DNA from: Candidatus Nanohalarchaeota archaeon
Lineage (GTDB): Archaea > Nanohalarchaeota > Nanosalinia > Nanosalinales > JAFCCC01
Direction: 5' to 3'
Assembly (NCBI GenBank): GCA_017610385.1
Contig: JAFCCC010000003.1
Span: forward strand, 9,170-73,169
DNA: 64,000 nucleotides
The position numbers and the translations under genes were made by a program. The notes under the pieces were generated by a model. The model ran no database searches. It was not told the DNA's origin and saw only the letters and a list, made by a program, of their open reading frames with translations. The stretch's first letter is position 1, and each line of letters opens with the position of its first letter. This document shows, one piece after another, positions 1 to 10,085 of the stretch.

Positions 1-75
1 GCCGCACTAATTTTTTTAAAATCAAAAATACATGGACTTTATAAAAAGCAGTAACTAAACCAAAATTGCATATTT

Positions 76-585
76 TTAATCAAAAATCCCCTTCTTGGTA
101 GAAACTGAAACTAAATTTCCCTTGATTGTGAGAAATTCAGTAGTTTTGAGAGGCAACCTTTGGATGAACTTTTCGGCGAAATTAATGTGCTCATTTTCTG
201 GTAGGAAATTGGCCTTGTAGAGGTTAATAATTCTGGCTCCGTCCTTGATTGATTTAAGAGCGCTTTCTGTAGCTTGAAATACTTTGATTGTCTCCAAGTT
301 CACAGTATTAAACACAACATCAATATCTGTTATTTGTTCCCAAACTGAATTCTCCATAGGGTTCCCGATTATAATTTCTAAATTTGGAATTTTACTTTTG
401 AGTTGATCCAAATTCCTTTTGAATAAAGGATTAATTTCAATTCCAATTATTTTTCCTTCCTTGATTTTTTCCGCAGCGTATTTTAAAGCAGAACCAGCTC
501 TACAACCAACATTAACAAAATTTTTAGAATCTCTCAACAGTTTGAATTTCTCATCTAATTCTTTTAGAATATCATAAAGTTCCAT
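76..585 (-). CDS. Degenerate RlmE/FtsJ-like SAM-dependent methyltransferase-fold protein
   Basis: LKELDEKFKLL..NVGCRAGS..IIGIEI..DVVF resembles the RlmE segment LxEIxxKxxL..DLGAAPGG..VIGVDL..DVVLSD; catalytic residues not evident. Confidence 0.5.
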   Translation of the reverse strand: MELYDILKELDEKFKLLRDSKNFVNVGCRAGSALKYAAEKIKEGKIIGIEINPLFKRNLDQLKSKIPNLEIIIGNPMENSVWEQITDIDVVFNTVNLETIKVFQATESALKSIKDGARIINLYKANFLPENEHINFAEKFIQRLPLKTTEFLTIKGNLVSVSTKKGIFD

Positions 586-595
586 AATATTTTCT

Positions 596-1096
596 TTGCA
601 AAGGAATGATAAATATTTAAATATATACTACTACGAGAAGGTTATGTTTGGAAATATGAACGATAAAGTTTATGCAACACTTGCTCCTTTTGCATATAAT
701 ATTATAGAAACTTGTATTTTGGATCGCTCAGATTATACGCCATTCTTAAGACGATCTCATGAGTCTATTATGAAAATTGATTATTTTTCTATGAATCTTC
801 GCGCAATTAATTTAACTACTTCAAGAAGATATTCTGTTTTAGAATCTGTTAAATCGTTATTGCATATAGATGCCGCGGATGTTTCTATTGTGCCTACATT
901 TGGAAATAGAATTTATTTGAGGTACCGAAAGTACGAAAAGAACAGAGAAATACTTGATGAATTAGTAACTCTTTTATCTAATGATCCTACTACTATATTA
1001 ACGATTCAAGAAGTAACTGGATTTCTTTCTAGAAAAAGAGAAATTCCATTAGATGAATTTAGCGTGCTTAGTAGAACAGAACAGACAAAAACCTAA
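596..1096 (+). CDS. Hypothetical protein (true start probably a downstream ATG)
   Basis: 166-aa ORF filling the gap; no recognisable motif. Confidence 0.5.
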   Translation: MQRNDKYLNIYYYEKVMFGNMNDKVYATLAPFAYNIIETCILDRSDYTPFLRRSHESIMKIDYFSMNLRAINLTTSRRYSVLESVKSLLHIDAADVSIVPTFGNRIYLRYRKYEKNREILDELVTLLSNDPTTILTIQEVTGFLSRKREIPLDEFSVLSRTEQTKT

Positions 1097-1113
1097 TTGC
1101 TTGTGTGATGTTA

Positions 1114-1225
1114 AGCCCCAGGCGAGATTTGAACTCACGACCTTTACCTGATTGGCGCAACTGGTTACCAAGGTCTAGCGGGATTGGGTCTTATCCTAAC
1201 GCTCTACCAGCTGAGCTACTGGAGC
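1114..1225 (-). tRNA. tRNA-Thr(GGT) with two introns (28/29 at ~1175-1197; canonical 37/38 at 1150-1165)
   Basis: Reverse complement reads GCTCCAG-TA-GCTC..GAGC-G-TT[intron]ACC-TTGGTA[intron]A-GGTAA-AGGTC-GTGAG-TTCAAAT-CTCGC-CTGGGGC-T; 73 nt after splicing; U73 discriminator; BHB-like pairing at both introns. Confidence 0.9.
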
Positions 1226-1428
1226 AAATTTTTGAAAGATTAATTACATTTTAATTGATTATAACCTTTCACAATAAACAGACTATTAATAGAAATCTAT
1301 AAAATGTTAGTGTCAGATTTTAGGTTTTTTAGAATAATCTAGAATTAAATAACGAGCAAATAAAATTAAATGAACACATTAGCGAATTAAATGAAACGAA
1401 CACATTAGTTATCTTGAGAAGATATCTA

Positions 1429-1590
1429 TTATGCTTTAAGATGCTTGTGCTTTAATCTTAAAGATTTGCTCTGGCATTTCCTACATTTAGCTCCTTTTAA
1501 GGTCTTTAGCCTATTTTTAGCATTACATCGTTGACAAATGTATACCTGACTAAAAAGTCTTTTATCTGCAATTTCGAATCGCTTTGCCAT
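1429..1590 (-). CDS. rpl40e: 50S ribosomal protein L40e
   Basis: MAKRFEIA...ICQRCNAKN...KCRKCQSKSLRLK zinc ribbon; SD-like GAGGT before the ATG at 1590. Confidence 0.9.
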   Translation of the reverse strand: MAKRFEIADKRLFSQVYICQRCNAKNRLKTLKGAKCRKCQSKSLRLKHKHLKA

Positions 1591-1658
1591 TTTAACCTCA
1601 GAATTTAATTGACCGTTACATTTATAAAATGTTTGACTGTTTGTTTTTAAGAATGCGT

Positions 1659-2198
1659 TTAGAAGTAAGATGAATAACCTGTCCAATCAATTTTTCCTGG
1701 TTTAAACGGTTCTCTTGATTCAGGTTCTTGAATTATTTTAATTATATCTGCTGCAACAGTTCTAATCGGCCTTTTAGTTGAATCTACTTCATAAACGTCC
1801 TTATGCAATTGAACTGCTTCTTGAAGTATGATATCTAAAATTTCTGCTTGGACATTTTCGATTATTTTTCCTTTGGCCCAACCCTTTGTTTCTAATCTTC
1901 TTCGTAAATCATTTGGATTTGTTCTAAGAATAATAACTAAATCTAATTCTTTCAAAAAATGACCTAAATGCCCATCTAAAAGAACATTCTTGGTTTTTTT
2001 CAATTCTTTTTGAACTACTTCATTTAATTTTTCCGCATCCACAACATGAGTATCTCTTTTTTCATCATAATCCTCAAAAAGATCATTTTTTTCAGCTATG
2101 TCTGTCAAACTAATTAATTTATATTTCAATTTTTCAGAAACCATTTGCGATGCAGAGGTTTTACCAGTTCCGGGAGTTCCCGTAATTGCAACTTTCAT
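1659..2198 (-). CDS. Archaeal adenylate kinase / Fap7 (AK6) family
   Basis: ITGTPGTGKT P-loop, DGHLGH, ENVQAEILD motifs. Confidence 0.9.
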   Translation of the reverse strand: MKVAITGTPGTGKTSASQMVSEKLKYKLISLTDIAEKNDLFEDYDEKRDTHVVDAEKLNEVVQKELKKTKNVLLDGHLGHFLKELDLVIILRTNPNDLRRRLETKGWAKGKIIENVQAEILDIILQEAVQLHKDVYEVDSTKRPIRTVAADIIKIIQEPESREPFKPGKIDWTGYSSYF

Positions 2199-2226
2199 AC
2201 TTTAGAATTAGTTTCTAATTTTAAAT

Positions 2227-3117
2227 TCATTTCTTTCTTTTAGGTTTTTTGTCAGTTTTAGTTTGTTTTTTAATTGGTTTCTTAATACGGGTATTCTTTT
2301 TTTTGTTGTAGTTCATATAGAATTTAGTATAAACTAATCCTTTAATTGGAGCGACTATAAACACAAAAATCAGAATAATAAAATTATCTAAATAAATAAT
2401 TCTTGAAAATTGGTTCAATAGAATTGTTGCAACAAAGAAAATTATAACCAGGCCTAAGAATTCAATAAAGTTCTTTTTTACTGTTTGGTAACTTAATAAA
2501 ATCGCATTACGTGTGTTAGCATTGCTTACCGCTAAAGATTGTGCAGTTAGACTTAAGAACATTCTTAATAATATATTTCCAAGTATAACAAGTATAATTG
2601 TTGTAGTTATGATTCCAATTATATTTGTATACGCAAAAGTGATGATTAACGCCAAAGAAACCACGATCGCAACAATGAAAATTAAGTAAAGCAATAACAT
2701 AGTTCCTACAGAGCTTTTAAACTTTTCTTTAGCGTATTTAAACATTAAGTCGAGTTTAACTTTTTCACCTTTTAGTGCTTCTTGATACAGTTTTGTTAAG
2801 CCAACCTTAAGTGGAAATATTAACGCTCCTGCAATTGCTATTCCTAATATGATGAAAAATACCTTAAACATGAAGCCCCTCATTAATTCAAAATAGGGTT
2901 CAAATAGGTTGTTAGAAGGCATAGTTTGTTGTTGTTGTATTACTTTTCCTAATTGGGTTAGTGCTACGTTATTTGCTTGAGCATATTGTGCAAGAGGTAT
3001 TCCAAATGGAAGTGCTATAATTGCTGCGACAATTCCGATTATTATTATTCCCAAAATCAATGCCGGAAAATTTTTCTTATACGCTTTCCACGCACTTCCA
3101 AAACATTCAGAACGCAT
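2227..3117 (-). CDS. Multi-pass membrane protein with Lys-rich C-terminal tail
   Basis: About 6 hydrophobic segments. Confidence 0.7.
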   Translation of the reverse strand: MRSECFGSAWKAYKKNFPALILGIIIIGIVAAIIALPFGIPLAQYAQANNVALTQLGKVIQQQQTMPSNNLFEPYFELMRGFMFKVFFIILGIAIAGALIFPLKVGLTKLYQEALKGEKVKLDLMFKYAKEKFKSSVGTMLLLYLIFIVAIVVSLALIITFAYTNIIGIITTTIILVILGNILLRMFLSLTAQSLAVSNANTRNAILLSYQTVKKNFIEFLGLVIIFFVATILLNQFSRIIYLDNFIILIFVFIVAPIKGLVYTKFYMNYNKKKNTRIKKPIKKQTKTDKKPKRKK

Positions 3118-3260
3118 AACCTAAAATTGAATTTTATGATTTATAAGCGTTAGTCCCTATACTACTTTTTGGACAATTTACGATTCTTGGTGTAAAATAT
3201 GATAGAAATTTGGACACAGAAATTAAAAATTTCTTATTCCAAATTCTATGGAGAAGCTAA

Positions 3261-4211
3261 ATGATAGAAATTTGGACAGAAAAATACAGACCAAAAAGTC
3301 TTACAGAGGTTATAGGACAAGAAAAAATAGTTTCACGCCTGAAAGCGTTTGTAAAAACTAAAAGCGTTCCACATTGTTTATTTGCGGGTTCCGCAGGTAT
3401 TGGTAAAACCACTTGTGCCCTTGCTCTAGCTAAAGATCTTTATGGAGAGCACTGGAAACAGAATTTTCTGGAAACAAATGCATCAGATGAACGAGGAATT
3501 AATGTTGTTAGGTCAAAAATCAAAGATTTTGCGAGAACTGCTCCGCTAAATGCACCTTTTAAGATAATATTTCTAGATGAAAGTGACGCATTAACTTCTG
3601 AAGCCCAGCAAGCGCTTAGAAGAACCATGGAAAAATATTCTAATACGTGTAGATTCATACTTTCTTGTAATTATAGTAGTAAGGTCTTAGAGCCTATTCA
3701 ATCTAGAACCGCTGTTTTTCGATTTAATAGATTAACTGATGACGATGTTCATAAGTATATCATGCGAATTGCTCAGGCAGAAGGATTTACTTTAACACCA
3801 GATGGATTAAATGCGGTAACAAAAATATCTTATGGAGACTTGAGAAAAGCTACGAATGTATTACAAGCAGCATCTATTGTAACTGAAGAAATTAGCGAAA
3901 AAACAATATTTGATGTTTCTGCATCTCTAAGACCAAAAGAAGTTAAAGCAATTTTAACTGATGCGTTGTCTGGCAAATTTCTAAGTGCTAGAAATAAATT
4001 AAATACTTTGATGATTGATCGTGGTTTGGATGGTTTAGATATTATTAAAGCGATTCATAGAGAGGTTTACTCTTTAGAGATCCCTGAAAAGCAGAAATTA
4101 AAGTTTATTGAACTTTTAGGAGAATATGAGTTTAGAATTACTGAAGGAGGAACTCCGGATATCCAAATAGAAGCTTTGTTGGCGCAATTAACTTGCCTTT
4201 CTAAAACATAA
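3261..4211 (+). CDS. rfcS: Replication factor C small subunit
   Basis: WTEKYRP, GSAGIGKT, NASDERG, LDESD, ALRRTME motifs. Confidence 0.97.
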   Translation: MIEIWTEKYRPKSLTEVIGQEKIVSRLKAFVKTKSVPHCLFAGSAGIGKTTCALALAKDLYGEHWKQNFLETNASDERGINVVRSKIKDFARTAPLNAPFKIIFLDESDALTSEAQQALRRTMEKYSNTCRFILSCNYSSKVLEPIQSRTAVFRFNRLTDDDVHKYIMRIAQAEGFTLTPDGLNAVTKISYGDLRKATNVLQAASIVTEEISEKTIFDVSASLRPKEVKAILTDALSGKFLSARNKLNTLMIDRGLDGLDIIKAIHREVYSLEIPEKQKLKFIELLGEYEFRITEGGTPDIQIEALLAQLTCLSKT

Positions 4212-4225
4212 ATTAAGGTGTTTTT

Positions 4226-5431
4226 ATGAATCAATTATGGACTGAAAAATACAGACCAAAAGATTTGAAATCATTTAAAGGAAATAAGAAGGCAATTGAA
4301 GAAATAATTCTTTGGATTCAAAATTGGAAAGAATCTAAAAATAAGGCCGTGTTATTACATGGTGCTCCGGGTGTTGGTAAAACGTCTCTATCTTTCTTAT
4401 TGGCTAAATCCTTGAATTATGAACTTTTAGATACAAATGCGTCAGATATTCGAACAAAGGATAAATTAAAAGAAAAAGTAGAACAAGCGGTCAAACAAAA
4501 ATCATTGTTTAAAAAAGGAAAAATTATTTTGATTGATGAAGTAGATGGAATGGGTTCCTCTGATAGGGGTGGCGGCGCAGAACTAGTTAGACTTATTTCT
4601 GAAACGAAATTCCCATTAATTTTCACTGCAAATGATGCATATAATCCAAAATTATCTACTTTAAGAAATAAATGTAAAATAATAAAATTTAATTCAGTAC
4701 ACCAAAATTCAGTTGCTGCTCGACTAAAAGAGATTTGTGATATGGAAAAAATTAACTTTGACCCGGAGGCATTAAAGGCAATCGCAAGAAGAGCTTCTGG
4801 GGACCTTAGATCTGCAATAAACGATCTTGAATCTTTATTTTCAAATAATCACGAAATAACATTAGAAATTGTCAATGAATTAAATTTTAGAGATTTAGAT
4901 CAAAATATTTTTCAGGCATTACTTATTATTTTCAAAACTAAAACATATTCTACTGCATTAGATGCCACCAATAATCTAAGTGAAAATTTTGATATGTTAT
5001 TTAATTGGATTCGCGAAAATGTTCCATTAGAATATGAAAAAAATGAGGAGATCGCGTTAGCTTACAATTTTGTTTCCAAAGCGAATATTTTCAAGGGCAG
5101 GATACGAAGAAGACAGAATTGGAGTTTATTAAAGTACGCGTATGAATTATTGTGTGCCGGCGTTGCAATTTCTAAAGATGAAAAATATTCCAAATTTACT
5201 CGATATAGGTTTCCAACTATAATTAAAAAAATGTCTTTAGCGAGGTCTAAAAAATCAATAAGAATTTCTATGTGTTCTAAGTTCTCTAAAAAATTACATA
5301 TTTCTTCTAAACACATAATGAAAGATATAAAATTCTTTAAAATTTTAATAAATAATCCAGAAACCCGTAATAATTTAATAGAGCAGTTATATCTTGAAAA
5401 AGAAGAAATTAAATATTTAGAAGATTTTTAG
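4226..5431 (+). CDS. rfcL: Replication factor C large subunit
   Basis: WTEKYRP, GAPGVGKT, NASD, IDEVDG, GDLRSAIN; follows rfcS. Confidence 0.95.
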   Translation: MNQLWTEKYRPKDLKSFKGNKKAIEEIILWIQNWKESKNKAVLLHGAPGVGKTSLSFLLAKSLNYELLDTNASDIRTKDKLKEKVEQAVKQKSLFKKGKIILIDEVDGMGSSDRGGGAELVRLISETKFPLIFTANDAYNPKLSTLRNKCKIIKFNSVHQNSVAARLKEICDMEKINFDPEALKAIARRASGDLRSAINDLESLFSNNHEITLEIVNELNFRDLDQNIFQALLIIFKTKTYSTALDATNNLSENFDMLFNWIRENVPLEYEKNEEIALAYNFVSKANIFKGRIRRRQNWSLLKYAYELLCAGVAISKDEKYSKFTRYRFPTIIKKMSLARSKKSIRISMCSKFSKKLHISSKHIMKDIKFFKILINNPETRNNLIEQLYLEKEEIKYLEDF

Positions 5432-5766
5432 CAAATTTCTTTTTCTAATTCGAAATATACTGATTTTAGTTTTATTTGATCACAAGAACTTAAATTAACC
5501 TCTAATAAATATCCTCTTTGGAAAGCCCAATCTTCTAGATGTTTTTTTAGTTCTTTTTCTTGATTTGACGGTGTATTTGGCGTTTCTCTAAATGTTTTAG
5601 CTTCGGAAAATTTATTTTCTATGTTGTGAATAGTAAAACCGACTCCAAATCTTTTTACTTCGTTTAAATCAAAATTAGAATATGCTATAAAGACTTTGGC
5701 TGTGGAGAAAAGTACAGAGATTATCATAACCGCGGTTATTATGAAAAACTGACCTTTTCTTATCAT
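5428..5766 (-). CDS. Pilin-like protein with class III signal peptide
   Basis: MIRKG|QFFIITAVMII; ATGA overlap with the upstream gene. Confidence 0.75.
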   Translation of the reverse strand: MIRKGQFFIITAVMIISVLFSTAKVFIAYSNFDLNEVKRFGVGFTIHNIENKFSEAKTFRETPNTPSNQEKELKKHLEDWAFQRGYLLEVNLSSCDQIKLKSVYFELEKEIC

Positions 5767-7421
5767 AAATACCACCACACAGTATTTATAGTATATGGCA
5801 AATAAATGCCTTCATTAAAAGTTCCTAAATACGGAACACCTACTGCTTCTGAACTAATTAATGTACTTTTTATTGAGCTTTCTTTTGTGCCTAAATATAA
5901 TATTATTCCCCTTAATAAAGAATAATCTTCTGCATAGAATTCTTTTTTTGGAATTTGTACTACAATTCCGCTGCCATTATATACTCTTGTATTGGCATTG
6001 ATCGTATAAACATTAGGATCCTCTGAGTCATGATAAAAGTAATTTTTTCTTTTTAATATTCCATAATCAGAGCTAATATTTTTAAAATAATAATCCGAGA
6101 AATAATACGGTTTCTTTGGTTTCAATTCTAGTGGATAAATTTTTATAATTTCATAGGAATTTTTTCCAGAGGTTATAGTACCTCCTACACCATATCCAGA
6201 ATTATTATCAAATATAGAATTTTCTGAGAAGTAGGCTTCATTGTAATTTGTTGATTTATTGGCTAAAACGATATTGTATGTTCTATTTCCTATATTTATG
6301 CTCTGTGTTAAATAAAAATTATCATAAGAATTTATTCCTGAAACATTCCATCCCGCATAATACAAGATATCCGACCCTGATGTAAAATCTGTGTTAAAAG
6401 TATCTACTTTAATTGGAATATCATAAAAATATTTGCTAACATAATATCCTATTTGTTCTGGATCCTCTGACGAAACAAATATATTTTCAGTATCTCCGAA
6501 TCCCAATATTTGCTTTTCAACATTAGTGAAATTAAATATTTCTTGAATTGGTTCATTCATTTGTGTCTCATTAATATTCTTAATTTCAATAATTGATTTA
6601 TCTTGTAATAAAAAGTTCTTGATAGTTTCTACATGAGAAGTTAATTCAGATAATGGAATTTCATCAATTAATAAAATGTCTTGATTAGAAAGTCCTTCAT
6701 AATTGAGATTTAAGTTATCAATGGTATAAAATACATTAAAATATGGTGAAATAATTGATTTTAAATTATTACTTAATTCTTTTGAATATGTGGCATTAAA
6801 AAGAACCAATTTGTCTGTAATCGGGCCGATTTCATAATAATTACCATAGCATGAGTCATTGCTTACCCCAAATGTTTTTTTACATTTGAATACACCATTA
6901 AATTCATAGGGTCCTTCAAAAACGTCATTAAATTCTGTATCGTTATTCAAGTCAAAATTAACTGTATCATATTTTTCTTTATTATCTATTTGTGTATCTG
7001 AAACCACAAATCTAATTCCAAATATTTCTCCTTTGCGATACCATTCATTTTCTGAAGGTGGAAATCCTGTTCCTTCCCACGTACCTGCTACAGTATCTGC
7101 TATTTGAACTTGTTCTTCACGTATTAAATTCCCGATTTTGATAGATCTCTTTGGAACACCTCTAATATTTATATAATGTCCTGTGTTTGGAACCAAATCT
7201 GAAAATAAAGTTCCTAAAACGTCTAAATCCTTACTGACTATGACTTTTCCCAAAATTCCTGAATGATCTAAAGCAGTTAATAAATCTTCAGCTTCTTTTT
7301 GAATATGAACCCCCTTCCAATCGATAGTCTTGGGATTTGGGAAAATTGTTGATAGAAATACTAATAACAGTAAACTTCCAATAACAGCGTCTGTTGCATG
7401 TAGAAAGCCCTTTCTTACCAT
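5763..7421 (-). CDS. Large pilin-like/adhesin protein with class III signal peptide
   Basis: MVRKG|FLHATDAVIGSLLLL followed by an Asn/Tyr-rich extracellular domain. Confidence 0.75.
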   Translation of the reverse strand: MVRKGFLHATDAVIGSLLLLVFLSTIFPNPKTIDWKGVHIQKEAEDLLTALDHSGILGKVIVSKDLDVLGTLFSDLVPNTGHYINIRGVPKRSIKIGNLIREEQVQIADTVAGTWEGTGFPPSENEWYRKGEIFGIRFVVSDTQIDNKEKYDTVNFDLNNDTEFNDVFEGPYEFNGVFKCKKTFGVSNDSCYGNYYEIGPITDKLVLFNATYSKELSNNLKSIISPYFNVFYTIDNLNLNYEGLSNQDILLIDEIPLSELTSHVETIKNFLLQDKSIIEIKNINETQMNEPIQEIFNFTNVEKQILGFGDTENIFVSSEDPEQIGYYVSKYFYDIPIKVDTFNTDFTSGSDILYYAGWNVSGINSYDNFYLTQSINIGNRTYNIVLANKSTNYNEAYFSENSIFDNNSGYGVGGTITSGKNSYEIIKIYPLELKPKKPYYFSDYYFKNISSDYGILKRKNYFYHDSEDPNVYTINANTRVYNGSGIVVQIPKKEFYAEDYSLLRGIILYLGTKESSIKSTLISSEAVGVPYLGTFNEGIYLPYTINTVWWYL

Positions 7422-8233
7422 AATGTAAATATCACCTCAACCATCTGATTTTCCATTTCTGCAAATCTCCTAAAAACATATATTCTTTCATTTACTATGG
7501 TTGTTGTTCCTCCATAATCAAAATACGGTCTTTCTAAAATTAGTAATTTTCCATTTGAATTTTTGATGGTTTTCCCATTTTTTACATTAAACGTTAAGGA
7601 ATTAAATGATATTTCAGAAGATGTCCAAGAAGGATCATATTCTGTGAAGGCACTAAAATTAGAATATTGGCTTACAAATACTCTATAATCTTGATTTTGT
7701 GTAGCAACTAAGAAATAAAATGTTGTCCCATTGATGATTTTAGTTCCAAAATGAATCAGGGATTCCGCATTAGCATAAAAACCACTGTTTGGTTCACCTG
7801 AAATTATAACTCCTTCTAGATCTCCCTTTTCAAAAAATCGCAGTGTTTCAATTATCACATATTCTTTTATATTGATCTGAAAATTTTCTTTTAAACCCAA
7901 GAGATACCGCAGTTGATTGTAATTTAAAGAACCTAATGCATTAATTTTGTTCGGATCTAATTGTTGAAATTCTTTAACTAAACCCACTACCTTTATATGA
8001 TTTATATGGTTTTCCCAATCTGTTCCATTTGTGCTACTATTTTTCCAGTAACCAGAATCACTTAAAAGTACATCGGTCAATGCCCAGCCAAGATTTTCCA
8101 TTTTATTTTGTTCTGTTGTAGCAACATATTTTGGTAATATTGAAAATGCAGTTGTAATTACGAAAATCAATGTCAGGAAAAAAAGAACTGCCCCTGCTGT
8201 AAATTCTATATTAATTTGCCCTTTTTTGTACAT
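7415..8233 (-). CDS. Pilin-like protein with class III signal peptide
   Basis: MYKKG|QINIEFTAGAVLFF. Confidence 0.8.
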   Translation of the reverse strand: MYKKGQINIEFTAGAVLFFLTLIFVITTAFSILPKYVATTEQNKMENLGWALTDVLLSDSGYWKNSSTNGTDWENHINHIKVVGLVKEFQQLDPNKINALGSLNYNQLRYLLGLKENFQINIKEYVIIETLRFFEKGDLEGVIISGEPNSGFYANAESLIHFGTKIINGTTFYFLVATQNQDYRVFVSQYSNFSAFTEYDPSWTSSEISFNSLTFNVKNGKTIKNSNGKLLILERPYFDYGGTTTIVNERIYVFRRFAEMENQMVEVIFTLW

Positions 8234-8285
8234 GAATATAACCCTACAAATTAATTGCTCTTTTTAGTTTATGTAATTTTCAAGA

Positions 8286-9188
8286 TTAGACAATTAAAAG
8301 ATAAATTAGAACTCCTATTGTGGCCATTATAAAGGAATGTTTAAATCCTGCTGAAATTTTTCCAGAACCAACCTGACCTCCAACTAACCCATTAAATATA
8401 CCTTGAATTAAAACCATCATTAGGAATAAGACCTTATAATAACAAAGTTTGTTTGCGGCGTTACCAAAGCCGAAAGTAGGACATAAATTACACATTGGTT
8501 TCGCAACACTCAAAGAACACATATTTATATTTGCACCGAACATTCCGTTAGAACCCAGACTTGCTCCCAACATTTTTTCTATACCTAGCTTATATAGCAC
8601 AATAATTATTATAACAAATACAAAATATATTACATAGATAATAACAACTTGCTGACTTAACATCGCTTTTCTTTGAACTTCTGCTTCTTTGATGCTAAGA
8701 ACGTCCCTTGAAATTGTTTCTATTGTTTTACTAATATTTCCTCCTGAATTATATGATTGAAGTAAAACCGCCAGAGAACGTTTAATTAATGCACTATCTT
8801 CCATTTTTTTTGCCAGACGCTCTAAAACTTCTGGTAATGGAATTCCCCATGAAATTTGATTTGCACTTTTAACAATTAAGGGAGTTAATCTCCCATATGT
8901 TCTTTCTGAGGCCGCTTGAAATGCTTGTGGAATTGTTAGTCCACTTTTAATGGATTCTGACAAATCTCTTAAAAACGCTGGAAAGTTCTTTTCAATATTT
9001 TCAATTTTTCTTTGTTTGAAATATATATAAAATCCATAAGGTAGTGCCCCACAAACAATTGCAGCTAAGAATAATGTTGAGCCAATACTTCCTAAACCCA
9101 CTGATGATAAAACTATTGACAATATTATTAAAATGCCTCCGGCCCCAAAACTTCCGTATTTAATTTTTTGATCTTTTGTCAATTGCAT
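8286..9188 (-). CDS. Type IV pilus membrane platform protein (TadC/T2SSF family)
   Basis: FPAFLRDLSESIKSG, SGGNI, GKISAGFKH and TM helices. Confidence 0.9.
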   Translation of the reverse strand: MQLTKDQKIKYGSFGAGGILIILSIVLSSVGLGSIGSTLFLAAIVCGALPYGFYIYFKQRKIENIEKNFPAFLRDLSESIKSGLTIPQAFQAASERTYGRLTPLIVKSANQISWGIPLPEVLERLAKKMEDSALIKRSLAVLLQSYNSGGNISKTIETISRDVLSIKEAEVQRKAMLSQQVVIIYVIYFVFVIIIIVLYKLGIEKMLGASLGSNGMFGANINMCSLSVAKPMCNLCPTFGFGNAANKLCYYKVLFLMMVLIQGIFNGLVGGQVGSGKISAGFKHSFIMATIGVLIYLLIV

Positions 9189-10082
9189 TTAATCCACCGG
9201 TGATATACTTTTTACTAGTAAAATAAACATGAGAGAGGCTAATGGTAGTAATATAAAAATACCTACCAATTGAATTGATAAAATTGTAGCATAACTTCCT
9301 AATACCATTGTGCCCATTATTGCAGATAAAACCATCATGAATACTGAACCCACAATGACTAATGTAATGTAAATTTCTACAAATAAAGAAAGTGTTCTAG
9401 AAAATTTTTCTAAATCTCTCATATACCCATTCATTAAATTTCTAGAGTGTTCATATAAAAAATCTCGTAAATTCCCCCCAGAACTTAAAATATTGTGTAT
9501 ACCCCATAATAATTCTCGGAATTTAATACTAGGTGTTCTTTGTGCAGCTCTTTTTAATGCGGTATTAATATCTTCTCCAAATGAAGTTATATCTCGTGAA
9601 ATTCTTTTACATTCCTTTGAAACTTCGCCGTATTGCTCAAATTGTGCTAATAGGTTAAAAATCGCTGCTGGGGGAGTTCCTGTTCCAGCTAATGTAGATA
9701 AATACATTGTAGCAAATGGCAGGCTATTGTCTATTTTTTTACGTCTATTGCTTATTTTTAAAGAAGGATAAATATAAAATCCCATAAACGTAAGTGACGC
9801 TAAAACTATGCTTATGAATAGACCAGCAATTAATCCTGAAATAATTCCAGATAATCCTCCAACAATAATTCCTACAATTACACTTATAATTGGAACTAGA
9901 ACTACAAAAGAAAACGCACTACTCACGATTGCAGTTGAAATATACTCTATTAAAGATAATTTAATGTCTGCTTGTTTTAATTCTTCTTTAATATCTTGAA
10001 AAAGAGGCACAAGCTTTTCTGAAATTCCTTTCGTTGTCTTATAAGCAAATTTTGTATAAAAACTACTTTTCAAAGCTCTCAC
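9189..10082 (-). CDS. Type IV pilus membrane platform protein (TadC/T2SSF family)
   Basis: LPFATMYLSTLAGTG, RTPS, SGGNL motifs. Confidence 0.9.
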   Translation of the reverse strand: MRALKSSFYTKFAYKTTKGISEKLVPLFQDIKEELKQADIKLSLIEYISTAIVSSAFSFVVLVPIISVIVGIIVGGLSGIISGLIAGLFISIVLASLTFMGFYIYPSLKISNRRKKIDNSLPFATMYLSTLAGTGTPPAAIFNLLAQFEQYGEVSKECKRISRDITSFGEDINTALKRAAQRTPSIKFRELLWGIHNILSSGGNLRDFLYEHSRNLMNGYMRDLEKFSRTLSLFVEIYITLVIVGSVFMMVLSAIMGTMVLGSYATILSIQLVGIFILLPLASLMFILLVKSISPVD

Positions 10083-10085
10083 CTC

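Noticed and set aside
1152-1158. CGCCAA in the tRNA-Thr intron matching the ftsZ leader loop
   Set aside because: CCAA is required there for BHB pairing with TTGG, and a 6-mer match is expected by chance.
1342-1408. Short degenerate repeats (AATTAAATGAA, GAACACATTAG)
   Set aside because: Two to three AT-rich copies with no structure; consistent with slippage.
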